From an uncultured Gemmatimonadota bacterium (GTDB lineage: Bacteria; JAAXHH01), in the NCBI GenBank assembly GCA_951812955.1, contig OX638340.1, positions 1,856,001 to 1,920,000 on the forward strand: DNA of 64,000 nucleotides, in the 5' to 3' direction. The position numbers were made by a program, and so were the translations under genes. The notes below the pieces were generated by a model. That model did not search any database, had not been told where the DNA came from, and saw only the letters and a program-made list of their open reading frames with translations. Positions 55,901 through 63,958 of the stretch are shown here, one piece after another. The stretch's first letter is position 1. Every line of letters begins with the position of its first letter.

Positions 55901-57511
55901 GCCCTCGATGTCGCGGCCGTCGTCTTTCAGCCGAATGGACTCGTCCACGTCGAAGGCCTCGGGGTCCGACAGCATGGCCGGCAGCAAGGTGCCGATGGTC
56001 CTGATCTGCCGGACCAGGTTGGGGAAATCGACGTGCTCGACCCGGTCGACAGGCGTATCGATCAGCAGCCTGTTGTCGTTCACCGTGGAGAAGGTCATGC
56101 CATGCAGCCCCGCGAGCGTGACCATCTCATGATCGAAGGCTGGACCCGCGGGCATGTAGCTTTCCTGGGACCTGAGCGAAGGCGTCAGCGTATTGAGGTA
56201 GGCCGTCCGGCTGTCCTCCCGATCGTACACGCCGGCCTTGCGTGCGTAATTCATGTACCGGTCCGCATAGGGTTCGTACAGTATATCCAGATTCGAGGCG
56301 AAGAAGATGTAATCGCCGTAGCTGAACAGCCCGACCTGGTCCATCCGGCTGGTCAGGTCCAGACCCAGGAAAAGCGTGAAGGGGATCCGGTCCGCCTCAG
56401 GTATGCGTTCCAGGAAAAAATCGTCCGTCCGATAGTGGCGGTCCAAGAAGTCGTTTATGCCCTGCATGCCGTGGAAATGGGCGGACGTGGCCAGAAACAG
56501 CACGGTGTATCCGGGAGGATGGGCGCGGAACACGTCCAGCAGTTCCAGCATCGCCGCGATGCCGCCCGCGCTCTCGGCGCCCGGGGCCTGTCCGGGTACG
56601 ACCGACATGGCGTCATAGAATGCCGACAACACGACGACGCGGTCCTTCCACTTTTCTGTCCCGTCGCCGCCGGGAATCGGTTCGTCCCGACCCTGTATCC
56701 ACCCCATGACGTTCCAGGTTTCAGCCCGTTCCCACGACATGCGACCCCGGATCGTCACGTCGATGTTGCCGGGTCCTTCGGACCGGGCGGCCTGCAGCAC
56801 CTTCGCCGCGTGGGGATCGGGAATCCAGAACCGCGGGACGTCTGCGGGCACGTCCAGGATCTTGCGCTGGGCCTGGTTGTTGGTCACCGCGCCCGGACCG
56901 CTGTCGTAGAACAGGATAGCCTGCGCGCCCAGCATCCGCGCGTTGAGATACTGGTCTCGCCCGTCGAAATCGATCAGGACGATGCTTCCCTCGATCTCTT
57001 TCCCGTTGAAGGCCTGGAATTCGCCCCGGCGTCCATAGTGCAGTGGGCCTTTGATGCCGTTGGGAAAGGAATTCAGCCGGACCAGATTGGGCCAGAACTG
57101 GTACACCGGGATTTCGGTTTCAACTGAATCGTGCAGGGTAAGCGTGAACCCGTGGTCGACCGGCGAGGAAACGGTGAAGGTATCGATGGTTACTTCGGAC
57201 AGTCCCCCTGCATGGAACGCGTCGACCACGTACTCCATGGCCGCGCGGTTCCCCGGGTAGCCCACGACGCGCGACGGATGTGCGCTCATCGACCGGACGT
57301 GGGCCTCGACGCCCTCCACGGTCACGATTTCGGAGACTTCTTCCCAGGTCACTGGAGCTTCTTCGAGGGGCCTGGGAGTCACGTCATCGGGAAGCGAGAC
57401 GAACCTCAGGATCACGTGCTCCGTGACCCAGGCCGGACCGGCCACGGCCACGGCGAGGAAGAGCAGGACGCCCACGACAAGAAAGAAAGTTCCGAAAATC
57501 CGAGAATACAC
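52925..57511 (-). CDS. Giant membrane protein: N-terminal TM + PA/M28-peptidase-like ectodomain (degenerate active site) + beta-sandwich region + 3 TM + FtsX/MacB-type permease module + C-terminal cytoplasmic domain
   Basis: 1528 aa with a GTG start 1 nt after the upstream stop. PA-like segment GKEIEGSIVLIDFDGR..ARMLGAQAILFY. M28-like blocks VVVLSAFYDAM, PGAESAGGIAAMLEL and VLFLATSAHFHGMQG. FtsX TM RKRKLRTALTAVTLTLLTF and FtsX core NTMMGAVFERFREIGVYSAVGLAPNHVAALFIAEA. Confidence 0.8.
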   Translation of the reverse strand: MYSRIFGTFFLVVGVLLFLAVAVAGPAWVTEHVILRFVSLPDDVTPRPLEEAPVTWEEVSEIVTVEGVEAHVRSMSAHPSRVVGYPGNRAAMEYVVDAFHAGGLSEVTIDTFTVSSPVDHGFTLTLHDSVETEIPVYQFWPNLVRLNSFPNGIKGPLHYGRRGEFQAFNGKEIEGSIVLIDFDGRDQYLNARMLGAQAILFYDSGPGAVTNNQAQRKILDVPADVPRFWIPDPHAAKVLQAARSEGPGNIDVTIRGRMSWERAETWNVMGWIQGRDEPIPGGDGTEKWKDRVVVLSAFYDAMSVVPGQAPGAESAGGIAAMLELLDVFRAHPPGYTVLFLATSAHFHGMQGINDFLDRHYRTDDFFLERIPEADRIPFTLFLGLDLTSRMDQVGLFSYGDYIFFASNLDILYEPYADRYMNYARKAGVYDREDSRTAYLNTLTPSLRSQESYMPAGPAFDHEMVTLAGLHGMTFSTVNDNRLLIDTPVDRVEHVDFPNLVRQIRTIGTLLPAMLSDPEAFDVDESIRLKDDGRDIEGRVLEFDRTVDFFKPNTPVSDALVVYEPGYQSHSGVRGFMVTHADSMGYFRFSMVRDSKGPTEVRSYGLDDTGRVVYAPDLGEEGDATFPLAVPNSSKVNNTIQVLFPCEEINLFDIVDPGVFVALDNLTVLGRDNSPLRKYGAAFVEDQSFFGNWMTNAAVVFAKPEDRVKMFMSAGPRGVKYLLTNTPESWLDDPPESISDDVMALAQGQGFTADRGPILYPFYQSALDLWSLNRARLMKLEDHGVTNARAAELHEESTQALRAAREALEDRRYDAFVARSREAWGYEARAYPDVRYAADDTVDGIVFYFMLLVPFCFFLERLFFGFPDIRKRLLAVGVIFAAVFLLLQNVHPAFQLSLTPYMVFLAFIILAMALIIITMIVTRFDTEMKNLTRSAAGLHEADIGRLSATAVAISLGISNLRKRKLRTALTAVTLTLLTFTVLSFTSFRTGIQFYTLDRENAPPYDGVLMRNLSWHSLPSSFLPYVENAFKAQAEVVPRSWYEPEDLTSPYIDLRAPGRGTSTTVQSLLGLHADEPAISGLDRYLVPGGRWFGPDERAVCLLPTELAERLDVEPEDVGTAVVEILGGRYTVIGLLESDGLDAYRDMDDESIMPASFSMTRSLTEMDVEVFMSTIQASEHLPSRNVLVLPYRQTLDLNGSTRSVAITGFADGDQLRDSVEAFMSRVLLAVFVGTEDEVKVYSSLGATSVSGLANLIIPVLIAAFLVLNTMMGAVFERFREIGVYSAVGLAPNHVAALFIAEAAVFATLGAVFGYLTGQIITMGLSQWDLLGGLSLNYSSLSTVYATVVVMVVVFLSTLYPAKKAADMTVEDVTRRWAPPTPDGDDWRFEFPFTVTIPEAYPLAGYLAHIFQTHEDSSAEDFVAEGTAHDVVPARPIEGYRVSATVWLAPYDLAISQDVALELEPVPGESLYRIMIAIRRRSGDLAQWQTINRRFFTVLRKRFLVWRTLSESIKDQYRKVEERAPAEAPQLT

Positions 57512-57512
57512 G

Positions 57513-59507
57513 TCAGTCTATCCCGTAGATATGATGCCCCGCGTGGGGGAACCATATGTAATCAACGAACATGGAGATGACCACGCCGGTAGCCACACCG
57601 AAGATAAGGCCCAGGAAGAAGGGCTGACCCTTTCGGTACAGCTCGATACCGCCGACCCACATCATGATGCTCTTGATGACCCAGCAAACGAACATGGACG
57701 ACACGATAGCGCGTGCGGGCCACGAGTAGGAAAGGAAGAAACCGAGGGGATGCAGCGGCCAGCCGGGCAGCCGGGCCCTCAGGGTCATGAGCAGGAACAT
57801 GAGCCAGCCGCCCACCATGAAGAACATGAGGCGGGCCGTGTCCGGTCCGAAGGGATCCCGCATCTTGGTGAGCGTTTCGTTGTAGGGGATGGTCGATCCG
57901 ATCCTTCCGAACCACCATCCGTTGGTGAACTGCCGCGTGCCCTGGTCGAATCCCAGGTAGATCGTCCAGATCAGCGCGATCACCACGCCGATCACCGCGG
58001 CGGACAGGACTGTCCAGCCCAGTCCACGGTGCCAGCGCGCACCGATCTCTGAAAGCTTGGCCACCTGCATGAAGGCGGGCATGAAGGTCGATTTGATCTC
58101 GCTGACGGGTCCATAGGTCTGGGCCATCGCCGTCATGGTGGACATGGACAGGTTCGCCGACCCGACCGAGTAGAATACGAGCACCTGGGCGATCATGGGC
58201 GAACGCACGTAGGGCAGCCCGGCTTCGGCGATGATGCGGGAGACGCCGATATAGATGACGAAGACGCCCGCGAGGAGGAACACGGCAATGGGCACGCTCA
58301 TGCCCAGCTGGTTCAGCCACACGATCCCGTAGACGAACCCGCCGAGAAAGCCGAAGACGGCGACCCGGTAGGGCAGCATCTCATCGGAGTCGTCCAGGTC
58401 CGATCTGCGGCCGAACGCATGGGAGAACACCGCGCGGATGTGAAACCTGGCCCGCCACAGCCCCCAGGCTACGAACACGATGAAGGCGCCCATGTTCTGC
58501 CAGTCCAGCATGGGGTGGATTGACGTGTAGTTGTCCCTGCCAGGTATGTCGTAACCGATCCGTTGTGCGATGCCTACCTGGATGATCCCGATCATGTAGA
58601 ACACCCAGAACCCGGCCAGCACGTCCAGGTTGACGAAGTAGGAAATACCGAGGATGGCTGGCCGGAAGTTGATCTCCAGCGGAGGGAATCCTTCGCCGAA
58701 GACAATGGGCGGCGCCGACCCGAAATAGGGAAACTGGGGCACGACCGGTGTGAAGTATCCGATAATGTTGTACATCATCACGCAGAAAGGGATGGAAAAG
58801 CCGATCCAGAAACGTTTCTCGGTCATAAATTCCGGGATGCGTCCCGACGATTCCATGCCTCGCGTCAAGGCGAGGGGGATCTGCATCATGGGGAATACCA
58901 GTTTCTCGTGTTCGACCCACTGTCTTCTGAGGATCACCACGAGACACAGCCCCATGAAGATGATCGGTACGATGAAGGTCAGCCACCAGAACAGGGGAAT
59001 GCCCCACACGCTCCAGGGTATGGACTCACCGGGCGGGATACCGTCGACGAACCAGGTCAGCGCATTGCCCTGGTTGGTGACGTTCGCCCAGGGTTTCAAA
59101 TAGGGATAAAAGTATTCTGCCCACTGGTTCTCGGGCGTCGCCAGGAGATTCGGCGCCATGAGCGTGGAGATAAACGGGGCGCCCATGCCGTTGGTCGACA
59201 GCCCGGAAGCCGCCATGCCCATGGCCAGGGGGATGACGAACTCGTGGGACGTCAGGGCCCAGTCTTTCTTCCACCGGGCCAGTATCACGTTGAACAGGAT
59301 GAGATACGCAAAGGCCAGGAACAACGCACCGATGTGAAGATGGTCCGCGCCGAGTTGAGACGAGGCCATGGTGTACTGAAAATAGGGGACGATCAGGGAA
59401 ATCAGGACGACGCTCGTCAGGCCCAGGAGGATGGATCTCGGCGTAATGATCCGGGTCGCGGTCGTCGGGCCGGCGGAAGAGGATACACTTTGCTGGGCTG
59501 AGGCCAT
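57513..59507 (-). CDS. Polytopic membrane protein of unknown function (putative transporter)
   Basis: About 664 aa from the ATG at 59507; the ORF opens at a TTG at 59615 inside the likely promoter. At least 14 hydrophobic segments. The C-terminal WPLHPLGFFLSYSW...GGIELYRKGQPFFLGLIFG parallels the C-terminus of 49599-51656. Confidence 0.75.
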   Translation of the reverse strand: MASAQQSVSSSAGPTTATRIITPRSILLGLTSVVLISLIVPYFQYTMASSQLGADHLHIGALFLAFAYLILFNVILARWKKDWALTSHEFVIPLAMGMAASGLSTNGMGAPFISTLMAPNLLATPENQWAEYFYPYLKPWANVTNQGNALTWFVDGIPPGESIPWSVWGIPLFWWLTFIVPIIFMGLCLVVILRRQWVEHEKLVFPMMQIPLALTRGMESSGRIPEFMTEKRFWIGFSIPFCVMMYNIIGYFTPVVPQFPYFGSAPPIVFGEGFPPLEINFRPAILGISYFVNLDVLAGFWVFYMIGIIQVGIAQRIGYDIPGRDNYTSIHPMLDWQNMGAFIVFVAWGLWRARFHIRAVFSHAFGRRSDLDDSDEMLPYRVAVFGFLGGFVYGIVWLNQLGMSVPIAVFLLAGVFVIYIGVSRIIAEAGLPYVRSPMIAQVLVFYSVGSANLSMSTMTAMAQTYGPVSEIKSTFMPAFMQVAKLSEIGARWHRGLGWTVLSAAVIGVVIALIWTIYLGFDQGTRQFTNGWWFGRIGSTIPYNETLTKMRDPFGPDTARLMFFMVGGWLMFLLMTLRARLPGWPLHPLGFFLSYSWPARAIVSSMFVCWVIKSIMMWVGGIELYRKGQPFFLGLIFGVATGVVISMFVDYIWFPHAGHHIYGID

Positions 59508-59576
59508 GGAAAGGGCCGGATTGTGATACTTGCGGTGACTGAAATACGGTAATGAATCTAGTCTGCGGGTCCAGAA

Positions 59577-59605
59577 TATGTAAAATGGCAGACGGTATAA
59601 GTCAA
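59577..59605 (-). promoter_or_regulatory. Candidate promoter TTGACT-N17-TACATA for the large minus-strand operon
   Basis: Read on the minus strand: -35 at 59605-59600 and -10-like at 59582-59577, about 70 nt upstream of the ATG at 59507. Back to back with the plus-strand promoter. Confidence 0.25.
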
Positions 59606-59660
59606 AGAAAAACAAAGTTCCATGAGGTCCTGAGCCACCATCGGCCAGACCTTTTCGTTG

Positions 59661-59689
59661 TTGACACGATTCCGGTTTGCGGGGATATT
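59661..59689 (+). promoter_or_regulatory. Candidate sigma-70-type promoter TTGACA-N17-GATATT for the RND exporter gene
   Basis: Perfect -35 hexamer at 59661-59666 and -10-like GATATT at 59684-59689, about 40 nt upstream of the GTG at 59730. Confidence 0.4.
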
Positions 59690-59729
59690 TCCATACCTTG
59701 ATGTACCCGTTTCATACGAGGGATTTACA

Positions 59730-62270
59730 GTGAAGGCCGAAACGAGAGCCGCCATAGACCGCTTGCTGAACAGGTACATCGCCTTCATCTGCCGCCATCC
59801 GGCGAAGATCCTCCTGGGTGCGCTGCTGACCGCATTGCTCTCCGCGCATTTCGCATCCAGGCTTCAGCTTAAAACCGACTTCGTGGAACTGCTCCCGGAA
59901 GGCTACCGGAGCGTCGACGACATTCACCGGATCACGGAGCGCGTCGGCGGCATCGGCAACCTGACCGTCGTCATTGAAACGGAAGACCTGACTTCGGCAC
60001 AGCGGTTCGCCGACGACCTCGCCGGCAGGATCCATTCCGATCTTCCCGAGGGGTATATCCGGTATATCGAGTACCGGGTGGACGAGGAGAAGCGCTTCTA
60101 CGAAGACCACAAATATCTGTATGCGGATCTGGAGGACCTGGAAGAGATCCAGAACCGCCTGAGCCGACAGATCCTGAAGACGAAACTGGAGCAGAACCCC
60201 CTCTTCGTTTCCGAGGAAGACCTCGGGCTGGAAACGGAAGACGAACCGTTTACCTTGAGCGATCTGGAAGAGAAGTACGAAAAGAAAGCGGGGGAGAAGC
60301 TGGACAAGTGGGTCGACGGCTATTTCACGGGGCACGACGAGCAGGGGCAGTTTCTCGTCATGGTCCTGAAACCCTTCGGTTCGTCGACCGGCGTTTCCTT
60401 TTCGCGGGACCTGTGCGAACGGGTACTCGCCATCGTAGAAGGGCTTGACCCCCCGTCATACCATCCATCGCTGAAAGTGGGCCTCACCGGCAAGTACCGC
60501 CTGATCCTGGACCAGTACTCTTCCGTCCAGCGGGAGATCTTCTCGTCCGCCGCCTTCACACTGACCCTGGTGGCCCTGGTCATCTTCCTCTACTTCCGCA
60601 CCATCGTCCCGGTCATCAACATCACGCTGGTCGTGGTCGTCGGCATACTCTGGACGTTCTGCCTGACCTATTTCCGCATTGGCTACCTCAACATGCAGAC
60701 CGCCTTCCTGGGCGCCATCATCATTGGGAACGGCATCAACTACGGCCTGATCCTCATGGCCAGGTACAAGGAAGAAAGGCTGCAGGGAGCGGACGCCCTT
60801 GAAGGCGTGCAGATCGCCTTTCGGAATACGATTACCGCGACGGTCACAAGCGCGGCGTCCACGGGCCTCGCATACGGCACGCTCATGATCACTGATTTTC
60901 GCGGCTTCAATCACTTCGGGTTCATCGGCGGCCTCGGCATGCTGCTGTGTTGGATTTCCACCTTTTCTATCATGCCGGCGCTGCTGATGCTGTGGGACCG
61001 CACCCGTTTCGGGCGGAAGACCTGGACGCGGAAGGTCTCGCGGGGCGGGTCGCTGACCCATCTCGCCAACCTGGTGCAAAAGGCGCCGCAGGCCGTGGTG
61101 GGCACGAGTATCTCCCTGGTCGTGCTGGGTACCGCCCTCCTGGTGTGGTGGCTTCCGAATTCCTTCGAATACGACTTCTCGAAACTGCGAAACGAACCGC
61201 GGGGCGATACTTACGAGCGGATCCTCAACCACCGCGTAAACGCCCTGTTCGGTATATCGCAGTCTCCCGCGGTTATCCTCGCGGACCGCCTGGACCAGGT
61301 CCCGGGCATCCGGCGCGCCGTGCTGGACAAGAAAGAAGCGGAGAAAGAGGGTCCCAAACCGACCATCGACCGGGTGCGAACCATCTTCGATCTGCTGCCG
61401 GAGGACCAGGAAGACAAGATCGACGTGCTCTGGGACATAGATTACATGCTGGACACCAATCCGCCCGACGAACTTGGCATACCGCCCGACCAGCTCGAAA
61501 GGATCAACGCGTTCCGAGAGAACCTGAGCCTGGATGAAATCACCGTTGATGACCTGCCCCAGGCGCTCACGCGTCCCTTCGAGGAGCGGGACGGGACAGT
61601 GGGCAGGCTCGTCTACGTCTACCCGAGGTCGGACGCCGGACTCTGGAACGGCAGGAACCTGATCCGGTTCGCGGAAGTCGTCCGTTCCAACCGCCTGCCA
61701 GACGATGAAGTCATCTATTCCTCCGGTGAGGCCGTGGTATTCGCCGACATGCTGAAGGCCGTGGACCGCGACGGCCCCATTGCCACGGTCGCCTGCTTCG
61801 TGGGCGTTATCGCGCTACTCTTACTGGCATTCCGCAGCGTCCACGCGTCGGTCGTGATCCTGGCTTCCCTGCTGGGCGGCATGCTGGTCATGGGCGGCGT
61901 CATCGCCGTCTTCGACATCAAGGTGAATTTCTTCAACTTCATCGTCATACCCACTACGCTGGGGATCGGCGTGGACTACAGCGTGAACCTGTATCAACGC
62001 TACCGCCTTGACGGACGCGGTTCCATACGTAATATGGTACAGCATACAGGCGCGGCCCTGGTCATGTGTTCGTCCACGACGCTGATCGGTTACACTTCTC
62101 TCATGCTCACGTCCAACCGGGGCCTGCATTCCTTCGGCATCATGGCCAACGTGGGAGAGATCGCCACGCTGGCAACGGCCCTGGTCGCGCTGCCCGCCTA
62201 TCTGCTTATTATGGAAAAGCGGATGAGGAACAAGGCGCCTGGAACGCGGAGTCCGGTTCACGCCGCTTGA
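59730..62270 (+). CDS. RND-superfamily exporter, MMPL/COG1033-type (HpnN-like architecture)
   Basis: Two 6-TM bundles, each preceded by a large loop, with SSD-like blocks (FLGAIIIGNGINYGLILMARYKEE; TTLGIGVDYSVNLYQRY). GTG at 59730 is preceded by GAGGGA and lies downstream of a TTGACA-N17-GATATT promoter. The ORF opens at 59658. Confidence 0.8.
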   Translation: MKAETRAAIDRLLNRYIAFICRHPAKILLGALLTALLSAHFASRLQLKTDFVELLPEGYRSVDDIHRITERVGGIGNLTVVIETEDLTSAQRFADDLAGRIHSDLPEGYIRYIEYRVDEEKRFYEDHKYLYADLEDLEEIQNRLSRQILKTKLEQNPLFVSEEDLGLETEDEPFTLSDLEEKYEKKAGEKLDKWVDGYFTGHDEQGQFLVMVLKPFGSSTGVSFSRDLCERVLAIVEGLDPPSYHPSLKVGLTGKYRLILDQYSSVQREIFSSAAFTLTLVALVIFLYFRTIVPVINITLVVVVGILWTFCLTYFRIGYLNMQTAFLGAIIIGNGINYGLILMARYKEERLQGADALEGVQIAFRNTITATVTSAASTGLAYGTLMITDFRGFNHFGFIGGLGMLLCWISTFSIMPALLMLWDRTRFGRKTWTRKVSRGGSLTHLANLVQKAPQAVVGTSISLVVLGTALLVWWLPNSFEYDFSKLRNEPRGDTYERILNHRVNALFGISQSPAVILADRLDQVPGIRRAVLDKKEAEKEGPKPTIDRVRTIFDLLPEDQEDKIDVLWDIDYMLDTNPPDELGIPPDQLERINAFRENLSLDEITVDDLPQALTRPFEERDGTVGRLVYVYPRSDAGLWNGRNLIRFAEVVRSNRLPDDEVIYSSGEAVVFADMLKAVDRDGPIATVACFVGVIALLLLAFRSVHASVVILASLLGGMLVMGGVIAVFDIKVNFFNFIVIPTTLGIGVDYSVNLYQRYRLDGRGSIRNMVQHTGAALVMCSSTTLIGYTSLMLTSNRGLHSFGIMANVGEIATLATALVALPAYLLIMEKRMRNKAPGTRSPVHAA

Positions 62271-62323
62271 GACCGACTTCTACAGCCCTGCCGTTCGGAA
62301 ATGAGTCGAACAAGGCCGGTTAC

Positions 62324-63958
62324 ATGAACCTTCATGCAGTGGACTACCGCCAGGTGTTGCCGGATCACCTGCTGCATACCTTTCTCGACGATTTCGAGTC
62401 ACTGCGGCACTTCTATACTTACGATCCCCGCGACCCGGACGTCTGGCCGCGCGCGATCGATGCAGTAAGATCCCGGTCAAATCCCCCACCGAGAAAGGCC
62501 GTATCCCGGACGCTCGAGGCGCAGAACGGCCGCTACGGGGCGGACGAAAGCGTCCTCGAAAACGCCCGTGCCCTTGGCGGCGAGGATACCTTCGTGATCT
62601 CCACGGGTCAGCAGACCGGACTATTCACCGGTCCGCTCTATACGATTTACAAGGCCATCACGGCCGTCAAGCTGGCGAAGCGGGTATCGGAAGAAACGGG
62701 CGTGCGGGCCGTACCGGTTTTCTGGATGGCCTCCGACGACCACGACTACGCCGAGATCAACCATGTCCACGTCTGCCGAGCGGACGGGGACGCCTTGCGC
62801 TTTGAACTGAGTCCCGACGACCCCAATGACCGCCGTTCCGCGAGCGACCGCCTGCTTGGACCCGAAATCGCGGCGCTGCTCGAGCAGTTTGCCGATGCCC
62901 TGCCCGATTCGGAATACAGCTCCTCCGCCATCTGCGCGCTTCGGCAGCACTGTACCGCCGGAACTTCGCTTTCCGAAGCCTTTGCCCGGCTGATGACACT
63001 GCTATTTCAGGGACAGGGCCTGGTTCTCGTAGACCCCACCGACCCGGCACTGAAACCCCTTATGAGCCCCGTGTTCGAACAGGAAATCCGCGATCCGCTC
63101 GCATCCACGCGCTCGGTCCTGTCTACTTCAGAAAAACTGTCCGACGCCGGGTTCGATTCCCAGGTCTCCCGTCTCCCCGAGGCGGTAAACCTGTTTCTCT
63201 ACCAGGACGGACAGCGGAACGCCCTGAGCTACGGGAATGGACGGTTCAGCAACCGGGACGGCAGCCTGTCCTTTACGGAACGGGACCTGCTGCGCGTGCT
63301 CGAGGATTCGCCCGAGCGATTCACCCACAACGTCATCACGCGTCCCCTGGTGCAGGACAGCCTGTTTCCGACGCTGACCTATATCGGCGGTCCGGCGGAA
63401 ATCGCCTACTACGGTCAGCTTGGCGGAGTCTATCGCCAGTTCGGTCTGCCTTTCCCCGTGGTCTATCCCCGCGCTTCCCACACGCTGGTGGGCGCCAGGA
63501 CCGCCCGGATACTGGAGAAGCACGGCCTCACGATCTCCCATTTCGTCCAGGGGATAGAGTCCGTGGTCGACCGGAAACTGCGGGACGACATGCCGGTACA
63601 TATCACCGAGGGACTTCGTGCCGCCCGTGGCGACGCGGAAGCCCATTACCGGAACCTGAAGGGACACGTGACGGCGCTCGACCCCGGGTTGAGCCGGATC
63701 GTGGACGCTTCGGAAAGAAAGACCAACTTCGCCCTGGGCAAGCTGGAGGAAAAGACCCTCCGGGCCATGAAGAGAGCGGACGGAGTCATGCGCGGCCAGA
63801 TCATGCGGGCGGACCGCATGATCTATCCCAACGGTCATCTCCAGGAACGGGTGGCCAACATCTGGCAGTACGTCGCCCTCTACGGAGTCGATGTCATGAA
63901 GACACTCTTCGAAGCCACGGATGAAACGGACTTCAGGCACAGGATAACCCCGCTATGA
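62324..63958 (+). CDS. bshC: Bacillithiol biosynthesis cysteine-adding enzyme
   Basis: STGQQTGLFTGPLYTIYK and PVFWMASDDHDYAEINHVH closely match the B. subtilis BshC blocks I recall. The 630-aa ORF from 62066 overlaps the upstream gene, so the ATG at 62324 is preferred. Confidence 0.85.
   Translation: MNLHAVDYRQVLPDHLLHTFLDDFESLRHFYTYDPRDPDVWPRAIDAVRSRSNPPPRKAVSRTLEAQNGRYGADESVLENARALGGEDTFVISTGQQTGLFTGPLYTIYKAITAVKLAKRVSEETGVRAVPVFWMASDDHDYAEINHVHVCRADGDALRFELSPDDPNDRRSASDRLLGPEIAALLEQFADALPDSEYSSSAICALRQHCTAGTSLSEAFARLMTLLFQGQGLVLVDPTDPALKPLMSPVFEQEIRDPLASTRSVLSTSEKLSDAGFDSQVSRLPEAVNLFLYQDGQRNALSYGNGRFSNRDGSLSFTERDLLRVLEDSPERFTHNVITRPLVQDSLFPTLTYIGGPAEIAYYGQLGGVYRQFGLPFPVVYPRASHTLVGARTARILEKHGLTISHFVQGIESVVDRKLRDDMPVHITEGLRAARGDAEAHYRNLKGHVTALDPGLSRIVDASERKTNFALGKLEEKTLRAMKRADGVMRGQIMRADRMIYPNGHLQERVANIWQYVALYGVDVMKTLFEATDETDFRHRITPL

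Noticed and set aside
54302-57127. 941-aa ORF on the + strand
   Set aside because: It is antisense to the 1528-aa gene, which has recognisable PA/M28 and FtsX blocks and a coupled start. The translation is Arg/Gly/His-rich with no motifs, so it is a shadow ORF.
56012-57319. Calling the ectodomain an active M28 aminopeptidase
   Set aside because: By-eye alignment shows replacement of the first His ligand, the Glu-Glu pair and the last His ligand. It is annotated as peptidase-like and probably non-catalytic until a proper alignment is done.
59508-59615. Extended starts for the polytopic protein (TTG at 59615) and for the exporter (59658)
   Set aside because: The extensions are AT-rich, start with rare codons and contain the candidate -35/-10 hexamers. 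The downstream ATG at 59507 and the GTG at 59730 (with GAGGGA upstream) are more plausible, though this is unproven.
62066-62323. N-terminal 86-aa extension of the bshC ORF
   Set aside because: The extension overlaps the 3' end of the RND exporter gene and has no BshC similarity. BshC homology begins at the ATG at 62324.
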